A stretch of DNA of 64,000 nucleotides from an uncultured Methanosarcinales archaeon (GTDB lineage: Archaea > Nanobdellota > Nanobdellia > Woesearchaeales > GW2011-AR9). Location of the stretch: assembly GCA_964498285.1 (NCBI GenBank), contig CAZCGN010000001.1, positions 175,916 through 239,915 of the forward strand, given 5' to 3'. Both the position numbers and the translations under genes were made by a program. The notes beneath the pieces were generated by a model. That model was not told the origin of the DNA. It ran no database searches and worked only from the letters and a program-made list of their open reading frames with translations. Shown here piece by piece: positions 19,358 to 28,815 of this stretch. The stretch's first letter is position 1. Each line of letters starts with the position of its first letter.

Positions 19358-19828
19358 ATGGAACAACAAGAACAGCCAATTTACAAACTTGCAAAGAAAA
19401 AATCGCGCATGCTTATCCCTCACTTTTTCATGCTCGTGATTCTCTCCCTAATCTTTTATTTGGGAATACTTCTTAACCTCTCACTACTCAAATTGAAAGG
19501 AAGTACAGAAAGCACTGCAAAAACATATGTTCTTCTCATAATCTTTCTTCTTATCTTCTTAGGAATGATTCTTAAGTTTGCTAAATCAAAACAAACATAC
19601 AAGTTTTTCAGGCACAAAATCCTAATAGGGGGAAAAAAGAGTGTTTTGTTTATCAACATAAGTGAACTTGCAAAAAAGCGAGGAGTGTTGGATAAAATGT
19701 TTGGTACATATACCCTTGTTTTAACACACGATGCTAAGCTCGAGTTTATTCCACTATCGATTGACATGGAAAGTTATGTGAACCAGCTTGTCCAGTACAA
19801 TAAGGACCAAGCAACACAAGTGTATTGA
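19358..19828 (+). CDS. Small membrane protein (two TM helices followed by a PH-like soluble domain, DUF304-like)
   Basis: Two hydrophobic helices near the N-terminus, then a ~90-aa soluble domain. Confidence 0.3.
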   Translation: MEQQEQPIYKLAKKKSRMLIPHFFMLVILSLIFYLGILLNLSLLKLKGSTESTAKTYVLLIIFLLIFLGMILKFAKSKQTYKFFRHKILIGGKKSVLFINISELAKKRGVLDKMFGTYTLVLTHDAKLEFIPLSIDMESYVNQLVQYNKDQATQVY

Positions 19829-19831
19829 AAG

Positions 19832-21364
19832 TCACATCCCAATTCCGACAAACTCTGTTTCAACAGAATTAGATGGTCTTTCTTCCTTCCTTTTCTTCAC
19901 AAACTCAGAAAATAATGGAATCTTTAATGGCACTGCAAACCGAGTAAAGGTGGAGGTAAGCAAAGCTTCACCCTTATCCAAACTTGCAATGGTTCTGCTA
20001 TCAGAACTTAGATCCTGCGCAGCACTCTCGATAACTGCTGTGCGTTCTGAGGACATTTCCATCCCCAAAATGATTTTTGTGTTCATATTTGCTAGGATAT
20101 TTTTTGGAATCTCGGAAGGAAGTTGCGTGATTGCAACTAATCCTATTTGAAATTTACGTCCTTCACGTGCGATCGTATCAAACACATTTGTTCCTTGCTC
20201 TAACACTTTTTTACCCAAAACACGTGGCGCTTCTTCAAGAACAATACTGATAACCGGTTTCTGAGACAAAACTCCTTGCTTTTTATAATAACGATACTTC
20301 TTGAGTGCTTCGGTTGCAATCATAGAACCAATCATCACTTCCAAGGCTCCCGCAAAATAGCTAGTATCAACAATAACAGTTTTTCCTTGTTCTAATTCAC
20401 GACAAATGTCATTAATTGTGTTCTCTCCGGCATGCATATCAAATATTCCTTGTGTTGTAAGCTGTCCATTTTGCAACTCAAGTTGCAACAACGAAATTAA
20501 TTTCCGTTTGACAACAGCGATCGTATCTTCATGGAACCTGATCCCTTCAATTCTTCGTTCTGCAATAAGTGATTCAATCCAGTTTGTTCCAAAGATTTTG
20601 TGGTACACATGTAAACACTGGCGCTGCGGATCTGAAAGTGTAATTGCACCAGAAAAATATTCTGGTTTGAGCGTATGCAAATGAATTTTGAGTGTTCGTG
20701 CGCCTGGTGGAGGTGACGCTGGTGTGTAATACACAACATTGCTCCTTGAAGGATGGTCTTTAAGGCCTAAACCAGTTCTTCCGTAATACTCATCATGTGG
20801 GTCTAAAACAAGCATACCCACATATTCTTTGTCCAAAGAATCCCACAAAATTGTTGACATTAAATTTGATTTTCCTTTCCCAGTTGATGCTGGAATAAGA
20901 ACATGATGAGAAAATACTTCTCGTCCAGGTAGATATATGTCAAAGTCAAGTACTTGTGAGCCTGACCGAAGATTCCCTGTATACAACGGATTCTGAGGTG
21001 TTGTAATAAATGAACAGTCTTCTTTTGTAAGAGCCCTAACATGTGAAAAAAAGGTTGGCAACTTTTTACACGTTGCACTTTTTTTACCCAACGTAAGGAT
21101 TGGTTTTAAGTATGCTAAAGAATAATTACGTAATTTCTGATCAACTATTGAAAAAGAGGTATCTTCTTCTAAATTTAGGCCAGAGACCATTTCAAGATTT
21201 TGCTGACTTATTTGCGATGCGTACACCAAATCAAATACTTGTAGAAGAACTTTTTGTTCTTGCTCTTCGATCACAAGAAGTTCACCCAACTCAACGTATT
21301 CATCTGATTTCACACGCACTATAATTTTGCTAAAATCTCCACCAATAACCTGCCCCTTAATCAT
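19832..21364 (-). CDS. HerA/DUF87-family P-loop ATPase
   Basis: HAS-barrel-like N-terminus ([15 protein letters not shown]), Walker [23 protein letters not shown] (the DUF87 DPHGEY motif), [15 protein letters not shown] and NTKIILGM. No NurA-like gene adjacent. Confidence 0.7.
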   Translation of the reverse strand: MIKGQVIGGDFSKIIVRVKSDEYVELGELLVIEEQEQKVLLQVFDLVYASQISQQNLEMVSGLNLEEDTSFSIVDQKLRNYSLAYLKPILTLGKKSATCKKLPTFFSHVRALTKEDCSFITTPQNPLYTGNLRSGSQVLDFDIYLPGREVFSHHVLIPASTGKGKSNLMSTILWDSLDKEYVGMLVLDPHDEYYGRTGLGLKDHPSRSNVVYYTPASPPPGARTLKIHLHTLKPEYFSGAITLSDPQRQCLHVYHKIFGTNWIESLIAERRIEGIRFHEDTIAVVKRKLISLLQLELQNGQLTTQGIFDMHAGENTINDICRELEQGKTVIVDTSYFAGALEVMIGSMIATEALKKYRYYKKQGVLSQKPVISIVLEEAPRVLGKKVLEQGTNVFDTIAREGRKFQIGLVAITQLPSEIPKNILANMNTKIILGMEMSSERTAVIESAAQDLSSDSRTIASLDKGEALLTSTFTRFAVPLKIPLFSEFVKKRKEERPSNSVETEFVGIGM

Positions 21365-21514
21365 AGGATTTGAGGTAGGTTAAGACCTTTTAAGCATTGT
21401 GGGGCCTTGGTAAACAAACGAGAAATCTAGGGATTTCTGCTCATTCTTTGCTAGTAAAGATAGCAAAGAATAAAACAACAATATTTATAAAGAGATGAGC
21501 AAAATAAGACTATT

Positions 21515-21769
21515 ATGGAAGCAATTGTAATGCACTTTAGGCAAGGACGCCACCATGTAAACCCACACCAGATGATTCTAAAAGTAGCTGATACTGCTGA
21601 GGCTGCTCAAAAGGTTGTTGGAAAAAAAGTTGTATGGAAGTCTCCTTCCGGAAAAGAGATTACAGGAGAGATTTCAGCTCTCCACGGCAGGAAAGGTAAT
21701 GTTCGAGCAATATTTGCAGAGAAAGGACTTCCGGGCCAAGCATTAGGTCAGAAAGTAAAAATTCTATAA
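21515..21769 (+). CDS. rpl35ae: Ribosomal protein L35Ae (eL33)
   Basis: 84 aa. HFRQGRHHVNPHQMILKV...GKKVVWKSPSGKEITGEISALHGRKGNVRAIFAEKGLPGQALG matches the archaeal L35Ae pattern. Confidence 0.7.
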   Translation: MEAIVMHFRQGRHHVNPHQMILKVADTAEAAQKVVGKKVVWKSPSGKEITGEISALHGRKGNVRAIFAEKGLPGQALGQKVKIL

Positions 21770-22435
21770 TTATTCAGAACTTCCAGCACCGCTTTTAATA
21801 AACTTCTCAATTTTTGTTGTAAGAGCACCGCAATTGCCAGTAATTTCAGTAATGATTGGCTTAAGTTCAGCAACACGTGCTTCCCACGCATCTGGTGCCA
21901 TATCAGCAGCAGGTAATTTTCCTTTAAGTTCGAGTGTTTTTTCTAAGATCACTTGAGTATGAGTATACAAATCTGCCATTAAATCTCTTTCAGCACCCTT
22001 CACATGTAAATGAGCAAGATGAACTCTTCTATACGCACGCTTCAAATCAGCTTCCATCTTCTCAACCTTCTTTTTTGCCTCTTCAAGCGGCTCTTCCCCC
22101 TTCTCTCGAAGCAAAATTTCGTACACTTCATCAGCACCATGGTGAACATAGAGTAACCATCCACGCACTCTGTCAATCAAATTGTGGCGTTTATGGTGTG
22201 CTGCTTGCTTTTCTGCTTTTTCTTGACCTTCTTTTACTTTGCCTGTCACAAACTCGCGAAGTTCTTTGTTTTTTTCTTCATCTTCTGGCGTTTCCTTCCC
22301 AAACACCATAAAGAATTTCACAATATACCATACAATCATAATAGCTACAAGAAACAGAGCATAGTCAATAAAATCAAGAACACTTCTTCCAACAATAGTG
22401 CTAATGACAACCATTCTAGACAACTCCCCCGCCAA
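21770..22435 (-). CDS. N-terminally membrane-anchored coiled-coil protein
   Basis: One TM helix then a K/E-rich coiled coil. Overlaps the upstream gene by 20 nt, suggesting an operon. Confidence 0.35.
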   Translation of the reverse strand: MAGELSRMVVISTIVGRSVLDFIDYALFLVAIMIVWYIVKFFMVFGKETPEDEEKNKELREFVTGKVKEGQEKAEKQAAHHKRHNLIDRVRGWLLYVHHGADEVYEILLREKGEEPLEEAKKKVEKMEADLKRAYRRVHLAHLHVKGAERDLMADLYTHTQVILEKTLELKGKLPAADMAPDAWEARVAELKPIITEITGNCGALTTKIEKFIKSGAGSSE

Positions 22436-22997
22436 GAACTGCTACATGGTATCGCATAACAGTGAGCACCCAGAAAAGTACAAGAACAATAACAAGCTTA
22501 AGAGAAACTGACATAATGTCTTCTGGTTTAGATTTTCCATCTTTATCTTTTCCAGGCAACTGGAAGAGTAAAAGGGCAACTGCAACAACTGGTCCACCAA
22601 CAAGAAGTAACCCGAATATTGTTGCCATGCCAGCACCTGTTGCGAGCAAGACTTGGTTTGGCAAATATACAGCAGAGATTGTTGCAATGATTGCTGCAAT
22701 AATCATTCCTTGACTTTTTGACAAGAATCCTAAAGGTCCAGACTTCTTTTTGCTATTAAACCCAAACGAACTTGTAACTGCAAAAAGTAATGTGAAGATC
22801 AGTGTCCAAATCAGAACTCGTGTGAATCCTACAATTACACTTCCGTGCGAAAACCCAAGAAAACTGAGGTTTCCCATTCCTACAATAGTATCAAACACAC
22901 TTGCCATGGTTGATGAAAGATCAGCAAATGCAAGAGGCATGCTTAGAAATGTAAGCAAAGCAAACAGTGTACTTTTAAGAATACCACCTCTTTTCAT
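22416..22997 (-). CDS. Membrane module protein, paralogue family A
   Basis: Signal/TM then FTRVLIWTLIFTLLF and IIAAIIATISAVYLPNQVLLATGAGMATIFGLLLV. Homologous to the N-terminal regions of 23843-25279 and 32308-34377. Confidence 0.4.
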   Translation of the reverse strand: MKRGGILKSTLFALLTFLSMPLAFADLSSTMASVFDTIVGMGNLSFLGFSHGSVIVGFTRVLIWTLIFTLLFAVTSSFGFNSKKKSGPLGFLSKSQGMIIAAIIATISAVYLPNQVLLATGAGMATIFGLLLVGGPVVAVALLLFQLPGKDKDGKSKPEDIMSVSLKLVIVLVLFWVLTVMRYHVAVLGGGVV

Positions 22998-23050
22998 ACA
23001 CCAAAGTAAGAAGTTATCGTTTATAAGGTTTCTGGGTGGAGTTAGAAATT

Positions 23051-23785
23051 CTAAAGAAGTTTTTGAATGCCTGCACAGATTGCTTGTAAATCCCCAACTA
23101 CAGTGTGCTGTTTTCCTAATAGTTCATCTGCAATACCAGAAAGCTGGTCTAAAGAATTTACATTGCTAAGAAGACCTCGAGCATGTTCCAAATTAAACTC
23201 CTTCTTATCTCCAGTATGTGACTCTTCTAACAAAAGCCCTTCGGAAAGTGCTTGATGATATTCATTAAACACAGAGTATAACCCTCTTAATTCATCTTTC
23301 GTTTCTTTGTGAAGCCGAGCTATTTCATTTTCAAGCGCCTTAATTTCAGTCATTTGGGTCTTTGTATCAGGATGTATTGAAAGCCCTTTAATGACTCCTT
23401 TAATAAACCGCTGATGCCGGAACCTTGTCCGTTCAGCTTCTTCCCATAAATTAAGGATTCTTTCTACATCATCCATCATTTCACTTACGTGGCTCTTAAC
23501 TGATAGAAAATCTCCTCGTTTTGGTGGTGGTGAACGACTAGGTTCTAAGAGTCGTTGTATTAGGCTTATTGTTGCATGAACATCATGCCTCAAGGTCTTG
23601 ATTTCCTTGAATTCAGCATTCTCAGGTATAAACTCTCTTAATGCTGATTTAAAGGCCCTTTTTGATGGAACTCGCACGTCAATAAATCTCCTTCTATGCT
23701 GCTTAGTAAACGGGATCCATCCCTTATACCATGAAAGATTAGAATTTCTTGCAGGTTTTTGTTTAAGTACTCGCTTAAGGCCCAT
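23051..23785 (-). CDS. Soluble protein homologous to the C-terminal domain of 23843-25279
   Basis: Shares IPFTK[QE]HR[RT]RF and the following helical region (KHQRF/KHQRK ... KALENEIARLHKE / LEVLEGQILSYHK). Confidence 0.4.
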   Translation of the reverse strand: MGLKRVLKQKPARNSNLSWYKGWIPFTKQHRRRFIDVRVPSKRAFKSALREFIPENAEFKEIKTLRHDVHATISLIQRLLEPSRSPPPKRGDFLSVKSHVSEMMDDVERILNLWEEAERTRFRHQRFIKGVIKGLSIHPDTKTQMTEIKALENEIARLHKETKDELRGLYSVFNEYHQALSEGLLLEESHTGDKKEFNLEHARGLLSNVNSLDQLSGIADELLGKQHTVVGDLQAICAGIQKLL

Positions 23786-23842
23786 GCACTAAAGTAATGA
23801 ATCTGCATTTATAAGTTTTATGCCAGGTCAAACTGGAGAAGA

Positions 23843-25279
23843 TTAGCGAAGAAGTGGTTTAACTCGAGAAGCGACATCCCTTAAGTCAGTTATTACCTTT
23901 TCTTGGTGGTCAATCATTGCCTCAACAAGGTCAAGGGCAGGATCAAAATCGTGCGCACCCACTGTTCCTTTTGCGTGATCGGGATCAAATGGTTCTACTT
24001 GCGCGTTATCAAGTGCATGGGCCAAAGCTATAAGTTCACTTGCAAGTGCTTGTGCAGAAACATAAGTATCCTTATGATATGATAAAATTTGGCCCTCAAG
24101 CACTTCAAGATCTCGAGCTTGTGTTTGATGGTCTGAATACTTCCGTAGGTTTTTAATCACTTTTCGAATTTTACGTTGATGTTTAAACGTGGTTCGTTTT
24201 ACCTTTCGGTACTTTTGCATAACAGTATTTAGCTGATCTTCAGCATCAGTTAATTCTATTCGCAACTTTTTGAGTTGGCTTAATACATTATGTTCAGGAG
24301 TAGTATCTGGGAGAGCTTCAAAATTATCTTTTGTATGCTCAAGAAGAGCCATCTTTGCCCCAAGCTCTTTCATTTCACGTAGCTCCGCTGTTTCAGGATC
24401 ATACTGTGCCATTGCTGAATCAAATGCATCTCTGGCAGGAAGCATAAACCGTGTTCTATGCTCTTTTGTGAACGGAATTGCTCCTTTTTCCTTAACAGAC
24501 TGAAATGCCTCACCAGCATCCAAACCAGTAACATCAGCAGCCTTACCACCTATTCCACTAATTACGCTCCAAATCAGAAAAATCCATGCAATCACAATTG
24601 CAATGTCTAAAAGACCACTGAGTGGTGCAAAAGCTGCAGCCAAGGGTGACGCTGCAAACAAGCCTCCAGGTGTCCCTGGTGTTATGGAAAAACCACCGAA
24701 AAAAGGAACCATCTTCAAAACCGCAGGTGTTCCTGGCGAAACTAATCCCACTAGATGAGCTTTCATTTGATGCATCATCCAAATAAGAAGCGCCATAAGA
24801 CCAACACGTAAAAGTGGTTGTCCTTTCATTGCCATGTACAAAAAGACACATAAACCGATCGGAAGCCCTAAGAGTACAACTCCTGTGACAAGCGCATAAC
24901 TTGTTGCTGCTGCTATTAAAACGGTAGATGGAATAAAAATCGTTGTCATAGCAGCAATTGCAAACGCAATCACCATTGCAGCGTTATTTCCTGCCTTAAT
25001 AAATTGGGCAGCTCTGTAAAGTAACGTAAAAAGAACAACGAACACAAGGAACCTAACAAGACCTTCCAAAGGATCTGCTGAAGTATTGATCCCAATATGC
25101 CTCATAAAATCAAGCGTGATTATGTGTTGAAAATGATACCAAATAAGTGTACCACTTGTTGGTTTTGGATGAGATGCCAATACTACTTGGGAGAAGAGTG
25201 TGAAAAGTGTTGTTAAAAACCCAAACTGTAAAAATCTTCTAGCTCTCAATAGTACACCTCTATACCCTACGAGAACCAA
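23843..25279 (-). CDS. Fusion of membrane module A with the conserved soluble domain
   Basis: N-terminal ~250 aa hydrophobic and paralogous to 22416-22997 (LVRFLVFVVLFTLLY; AMVIAFAIAAMTTIFIPSTVLIAAATSYALVTGVVLL). C-terminal ~230 aa paralogous to 23051-23785. Confidence 0.45.
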   Translation of the reverse strand: MVLVGYRGVLLRARRFLQFGFLTTLFTLFSQVVLASHPKPTSGTLIWYHFQHIITLDFMRHIGINTSADPLEGLVRFLVFVVLFTLLYRAAQFIKAGNNAAMVIAFAIAAMTTIFIPSTVLIAAATSYALVTGVVLLGLPIGLCVFLYMAMKGQPLLRVGLMALLIWMMHQMKAHLVGLVSPGTPAVLKMVPFFGGFSITPGTPGGLFAASPLAAAFAPLSGLLDIAIVIAWIFLIWSVISGIGGKAADVTGLDAGEAFQSVKEKGAIPFTKEHRTRFMLPARDAFDSAMAQYDPETAELREMKELGAKMALLEHTKDNFEALPDTTPEHNVLSQLKKLRIELTDAEDQLNTVMQKYRKVKRTTFKHQRKIRKVIKNLRKYSDHQTQARDLEVLEGQILSYHKDTYVSAQALASELIALAHALDNAQVEPFDPDHAKGTVGAHDFDPALDLVEAMIDHQEKVITDLRDVASRVKPLLR

Positions 25280-25345
25280 AAGTAGATATATAAACCTTTC
25301 TCATTACCAAAATCTATTCGAAAAGGTTTATATACTATCCAGAGT

Positions 25346-26473
25346 ATGCTATGCAATAGATATCTTCAACTAAACCTTACTAAAATGGAAAGCGAAAAAA
25401 GTTATTTTCACCTATACACACCGCTCATCTTTTTCTTGATCTTGGTTGTTGCGGCGTACTTTATACTCAAACCATTTTTTCTTCCACTGTTCCTAGCAGG
25501 ACTTTTAGCATACACCCTCTATCCAATTTACAAAAAATTGCTTACAAGAATTAAGAGTAAAACCATTAGCTCTCTTGCTCTTACGGTAAGTGTCTTTGTT
25601 ATCATTGTGCTTCCTGCAGGATACTTTGCCAATATTATTGTGCGCCAATCATACTTCATCTACATTATAATTAAACAACGTCTCGCGACAGGAATCTTTC
25701 AGGAATGTGCTTCGCCAATCTGTAATTCTCTCACTGAATTTTTGCAAGGCCCAGAGATCACTTCATATATCACTTCGGCCTCAAACAGCATCACACAATA
25801 CTTCATTCAAAAAGGATCGACTCTTATTTTTAGTATTCCTACACTTATCCTAAACTTGTTCATCTTTTTATTCGTCCTGTACTATCTCTTGCGTGATGGA
25901 GAAAATCTGATCCACAGAGTTGGATATTATCTAAGTGTACAGAAAAAAACGTATGCAATAATTATAAGCCGCCTTAAAGAAGTGACGCATGGAATTGTCT
26001 ATGGCTATTTGCTTGTTGCACTTATGCAGGGTGTCTTAGGCGGGCTCGGATTTTTTCTTGTTGGTCTTCCATCCCCTGTATTTTGGGGAGTAATCATGGC
26101 GTTTTTAGCTCTGTTCCCATTTGTAGGAACGGGCGTAGTATGGGGGCCTGCCGGAATCATTCTTATCGTAAACGGACTCTCACAAGATAGTACGTTCATT
26201 GTTGTGAAAGGGATTGCGCTTTTGATATATGGCGCGCTTATTGTAAGCAGTTTAGATAACCTTGTTAGACCAAAAGTTGTGAGTGGTAAAGCTAAAATTC
26301 ATCCAGTCATTATTTTATTAGGTATTTTTGGCGGACTGTTTGTATTCGGTCCTTTTGGAGTAATTATTGGACCTATGATTCTCTCACTGATTGCTATTAT
26401 TATTGAAGCATACTTGGGAAAAGAACCAACGAAAAGCCAGATCAAAAAAGTGTTACATGCAAAACCAAAATAG
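25346..26473 (+). CDS. AI-2E family transporter (PerM/UPF0118-type permease)
   Basis: 375 aa with 8 TM helices and the typical AI-2E architecture. Confidence 0.65.
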   Translation: MLCNRYLQLNLTKMESEKSYFHLYTPLIFFLILVVAAYFILKPFFLPLFLAGLLAYTLYPIYKKLLTRIKSKTISSLALTVSVFVIIVLPAGYFANIIVRQSYFIYIIIKQRLATGIFQECASPICNSLTEFLQGPEITSYITSASNSITQYFIQKGSTLIFSIPTLILNLFIFLFVLYYLLRDGENLIHRVGYYLSVQKKTYAIIISRLKEVTHGIVYGYLLVALMQGVLGGLGFFLVGLPSPVFWGVIMAFLALFPFVGTGVVWGPAGIILIVNGLSQDSTFIVVKGIALLIYGALIVSSLDNLVRPKVVSGKAKIHPVIILLGIFGGLFVFGPFGVIIGPMILSLIAIIIEAYLGKEPTKSQIKKVLHAKPK

Positions 26474-27415
26474 ATGAAACATACAACAACTGTAACGCTT
26501 ATACTTCTCATTATTTTTGTTATTGCACAGTATGCTGGACTTGCAGTAACTAATGAGTACATCGACACACAGCAAACACAAGAGCAAGGAGAAGTTGTGT
26601 TCTCAGATCTTCCAATTGGTGAAAGGCCTGATCTAAATGAGAGGACATCGTATATCTCTATTATCTTAGCAATTCTAATAGGAACTGGCATATTGCTACT
26701 GTTAATCAAATTCAAAGCATTTCGAGTATGGAAAGCGTGGTTCTTTTTGGCTGTTGTCATTACAACAATTGTTACGTTAGGTGCATTTTTGAACACTATT
26801 CTTGCAATAGTCCTTGCGTTTCTCCTTGCAGCATGGAAATTATTCAAACCGAATCCAATCATCCATAACCTAACTGAAATTTTTATCTACGCTGGTCTTG
26901 CTGCAATATTTGTACCTGTTCTTAACCTTACTTCCATCCTCATTTTACTTCTCCTTATTTCAATATATGACATGTATGCTGTGTGGAAATCTAAACATAT
27001 GATCAAGCTTGCAAAAGCGCAAGCAAAAGCAAAAGTGTTTGCTGGCCTTATGATCCCATACACACTCAAAGGCTTTAGTAAAAATCAAGAATTGGTTGGC
27101 GCAAAAAAGAAGAAGAAGAAGAAGAAGAAGAAGAAAAGTAACAAAAAAACTACAAAGAAAACAAAGAGAACAAAAAATCTTGGTCGCATGGCAATCCTCG
27201 GTGGTGGTGATATTGGGTTCCCGCTTCTGTTTGCAGGCGTAATACTCAAAACATACGGAATGATGCCTGCATTAATTATTCCGCTTTTTTCTACCGCAGG
27301 CCTTGCTGGCCTTTTCTACTTCGGAAAAAAAGATAGATTTTATCCTGCAATGCCATATCTTTCTGCTGCATGCCTCATTGGATTCGGGTTTGTATGGGTA
27401 ATTGGTCTTTTGTAA
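26474..27415 (+). CDS. Presenilin / signal-peptide-peptidase homologue (A22 intramembrane aspartyl protease)
   Basis: YD motif (ISIYDMYAVW), GxGD motif (ILGGGDIGFPLLF) and PAL motif (MPALIIPLF) in the correct order within TM helices. Poly-Lys cytoplasmic loop between them. Start codon directly abuts the AI-2E stop. Confidence 0.7.
   Translation: MKHTTTVTLILLIIFVIAQYAGLAVTNEYIDTQQTQEQGEVVFSDLPIGERPDLNERTSYISIILAILIGTGILLLLIKFKAFRVWKAWFFLAVVITTIVTLGAFLNTILAIVLAFLLAAWKLFKPNPIIHNLTEIFIYAGLAAIFVPVLNLTSILILLLLISIYDMYAVWKSKHMIKLAKAQAKAKVFAGLMIPYTLKGFSKNQELVGAKKKKKKKKKKKSNKKTTKKTKRTKNLGRMAILGGGDIGFPLLFAGVILKTYGMMPALIIPLFSTAGLAGLFYFGKKDRFYPAMPYLSAACLIGFGFVWVIGLL
27107..27133 (+). repeat. (AAG)9 microsatellite encoding poly-lysine inside the presenilin homologue
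   Basis: Nine perfect in-frame AAG units within a longer purine run (27103-27138). Confidence 0.85.
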
Positions 27416-27462
27416 GTAAGAAACAGAATAATTTTAAAATCTACCTCACTTCAACCTGAATT

Positions 27463-27861
27463 ATGGGCGTTTTTATCAGTGTTGGACCAAACAGAGTTGT
27501 TCCCACACAAGATTTTCTGAAGAATGATACGATATTATTTATTCTAACCTGCTACAGAGATAACACACTTGATAAACTTCCACCACCTCCAATTGTGCGC
27601 GAAGATCCTGTAACAAAACAGCTCGTTGCAATCGATGGACATAATTTGCTTGCAGTGAATACATCACTGGAAAAAGATACAAAAGTGTATATTGCAACAT
27701 CGCAAAATGATTTTCTTGAAGGAAATAGTAAGGCTATCAAAGAACGTAACCAAGATTTGCTTGAAAAATTTGAACAAGTTCTTCAAACTGTAAACAAGAA
27801 AAATACATTCAAATCTCTTTTCAAAAAACATTCTTTAGGTAAAAGAACAAAACAGAACTAA
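27463..27861 (+). CDS. Hypothetical protein
   Basis: 132-aa ORF with no motif. Confidence 0.3.
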   Translation: MGVFISVGPNRVVPTQDFLKNDTILFILTCYRDNTLDKLPPPPIVREDPVTKQLVAIDGHNLLAVNTSLEKDTKVYIATSQNDFLEGNSKAIKERNQDLLEKFEQVLQTVNKKNTFKSLFKKHSLGKRTKQN

Positions 27862-28664
27862 TCATATCCTCGAATTGGAGAATGAGTTATGTTATATCCT
27901 TCCGGTGCAAGGACTAATCCATCTTTTGCTGCAATGGTCTGAACGCCCGTTACACGCTGAATCATTCGTGCTTCGTTTATAGGATCGGCCCTGAGCATGT
28001 CCATTCCAAAATGTGTAAGAATTGCAACTTTTGGTCGAACTTTAGAAATAATTTGAAGCGCTGAGTCTGAATCCAAATTAAGATCCTTACCATTTTTTGC
28101 AGAATATGGAACATTAAGAATTAATATATCCGTTCCTGAGAGTTGTTCACAAAGTTCATCAGAATATGCTGTATCTCCAGTATACCCTACGACAAATTTT
28201 GGACAAAAGAGTTTAAATCCAAGTGCAGTTGGGTCGGTATGTTTCGCAGCAAGCGTATGAATTTCTACTAATTCAACCCCAACTTTCTGGTTTTTCTCCA
28301 GAACAAGCATCTTTTCAAGAAACTTTTGATGATACCGCGTGAGGAACGGGTGCTCATCTCCTTGTGAGTGTACGACCGATTTAGGTGCGATCAGAACCCC
28401 ACGGCTCTCAAGGCCAGAATAACTCATAGCTTCAATTACCATGTTTAGATCATTACAGTGATTTAGATGCTTGTGGGAAACTAACACTGCAGTATTATGC
28501 CTCAAATTCACTCCATACTTTACTGCTTGACTAAGCGCGCCAGGCCCAGGATCAAGATGGAACTGCAAATCTTCAACTTGAATAATAATTCCGCCTGATG
28601 CTCGAAGTCCACGGCTTACAACGGTTGAACTACCTGCTGTTCCTAAGAAAACGATACGTGCCAT
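27858..28664 (-). CDS. MBL-fold metallo-hydrolase
   Basis: VLVSHKHLNHCNDL (HxHxDH-like) and additional His/Asp ligands downstream. 268 aa. Confidence 0.55.
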   Translation of the reverse strand: MARIVFLGTAGSSTVVSRGLRASGGIIIQVEDLQFHLDPGPGALSQAVKYGVNLRHNTAVLVSHKHLNHCNDLNMVIEAMSYSGLESRGVLIAPKSVVHSQGDEHPFLTRYHQKFLEKMLVLEKNQKVGVELVEIHTLAAKHTDPTALGFKLFCPKFVVGYTGDTAYSDELCEQLSGTDILILNVPYSAKNGKDLNLDSDSALQIISKVRPKVAILTHFGMDMLRADPINEARMIQRVTGVQTIAAKDGLVLAPEGYNITHSPIRGYD

Positions 28665-28815
28665 CTAAGAATAAATTATTCAAAATTCGATTATAAATAT
28701 TATTGTAGTGGGATAAGAGTATTGGAGGGGCGAGATCTAGGAGAGATATCTGAGAATTTACCTAATCACTCTACCCCAGATATGTTTATATACGCAAAAT
28801 GAGCCAAATGTATGT

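Noticed and set aside
21934-22459. ORFs 21934-22311 and 22184-22459 on + strand
   Set aside because: Embedded antisense within the 221-aa minus-strand coiled-coil gene, produced by K/E-codon bias. No independent support.
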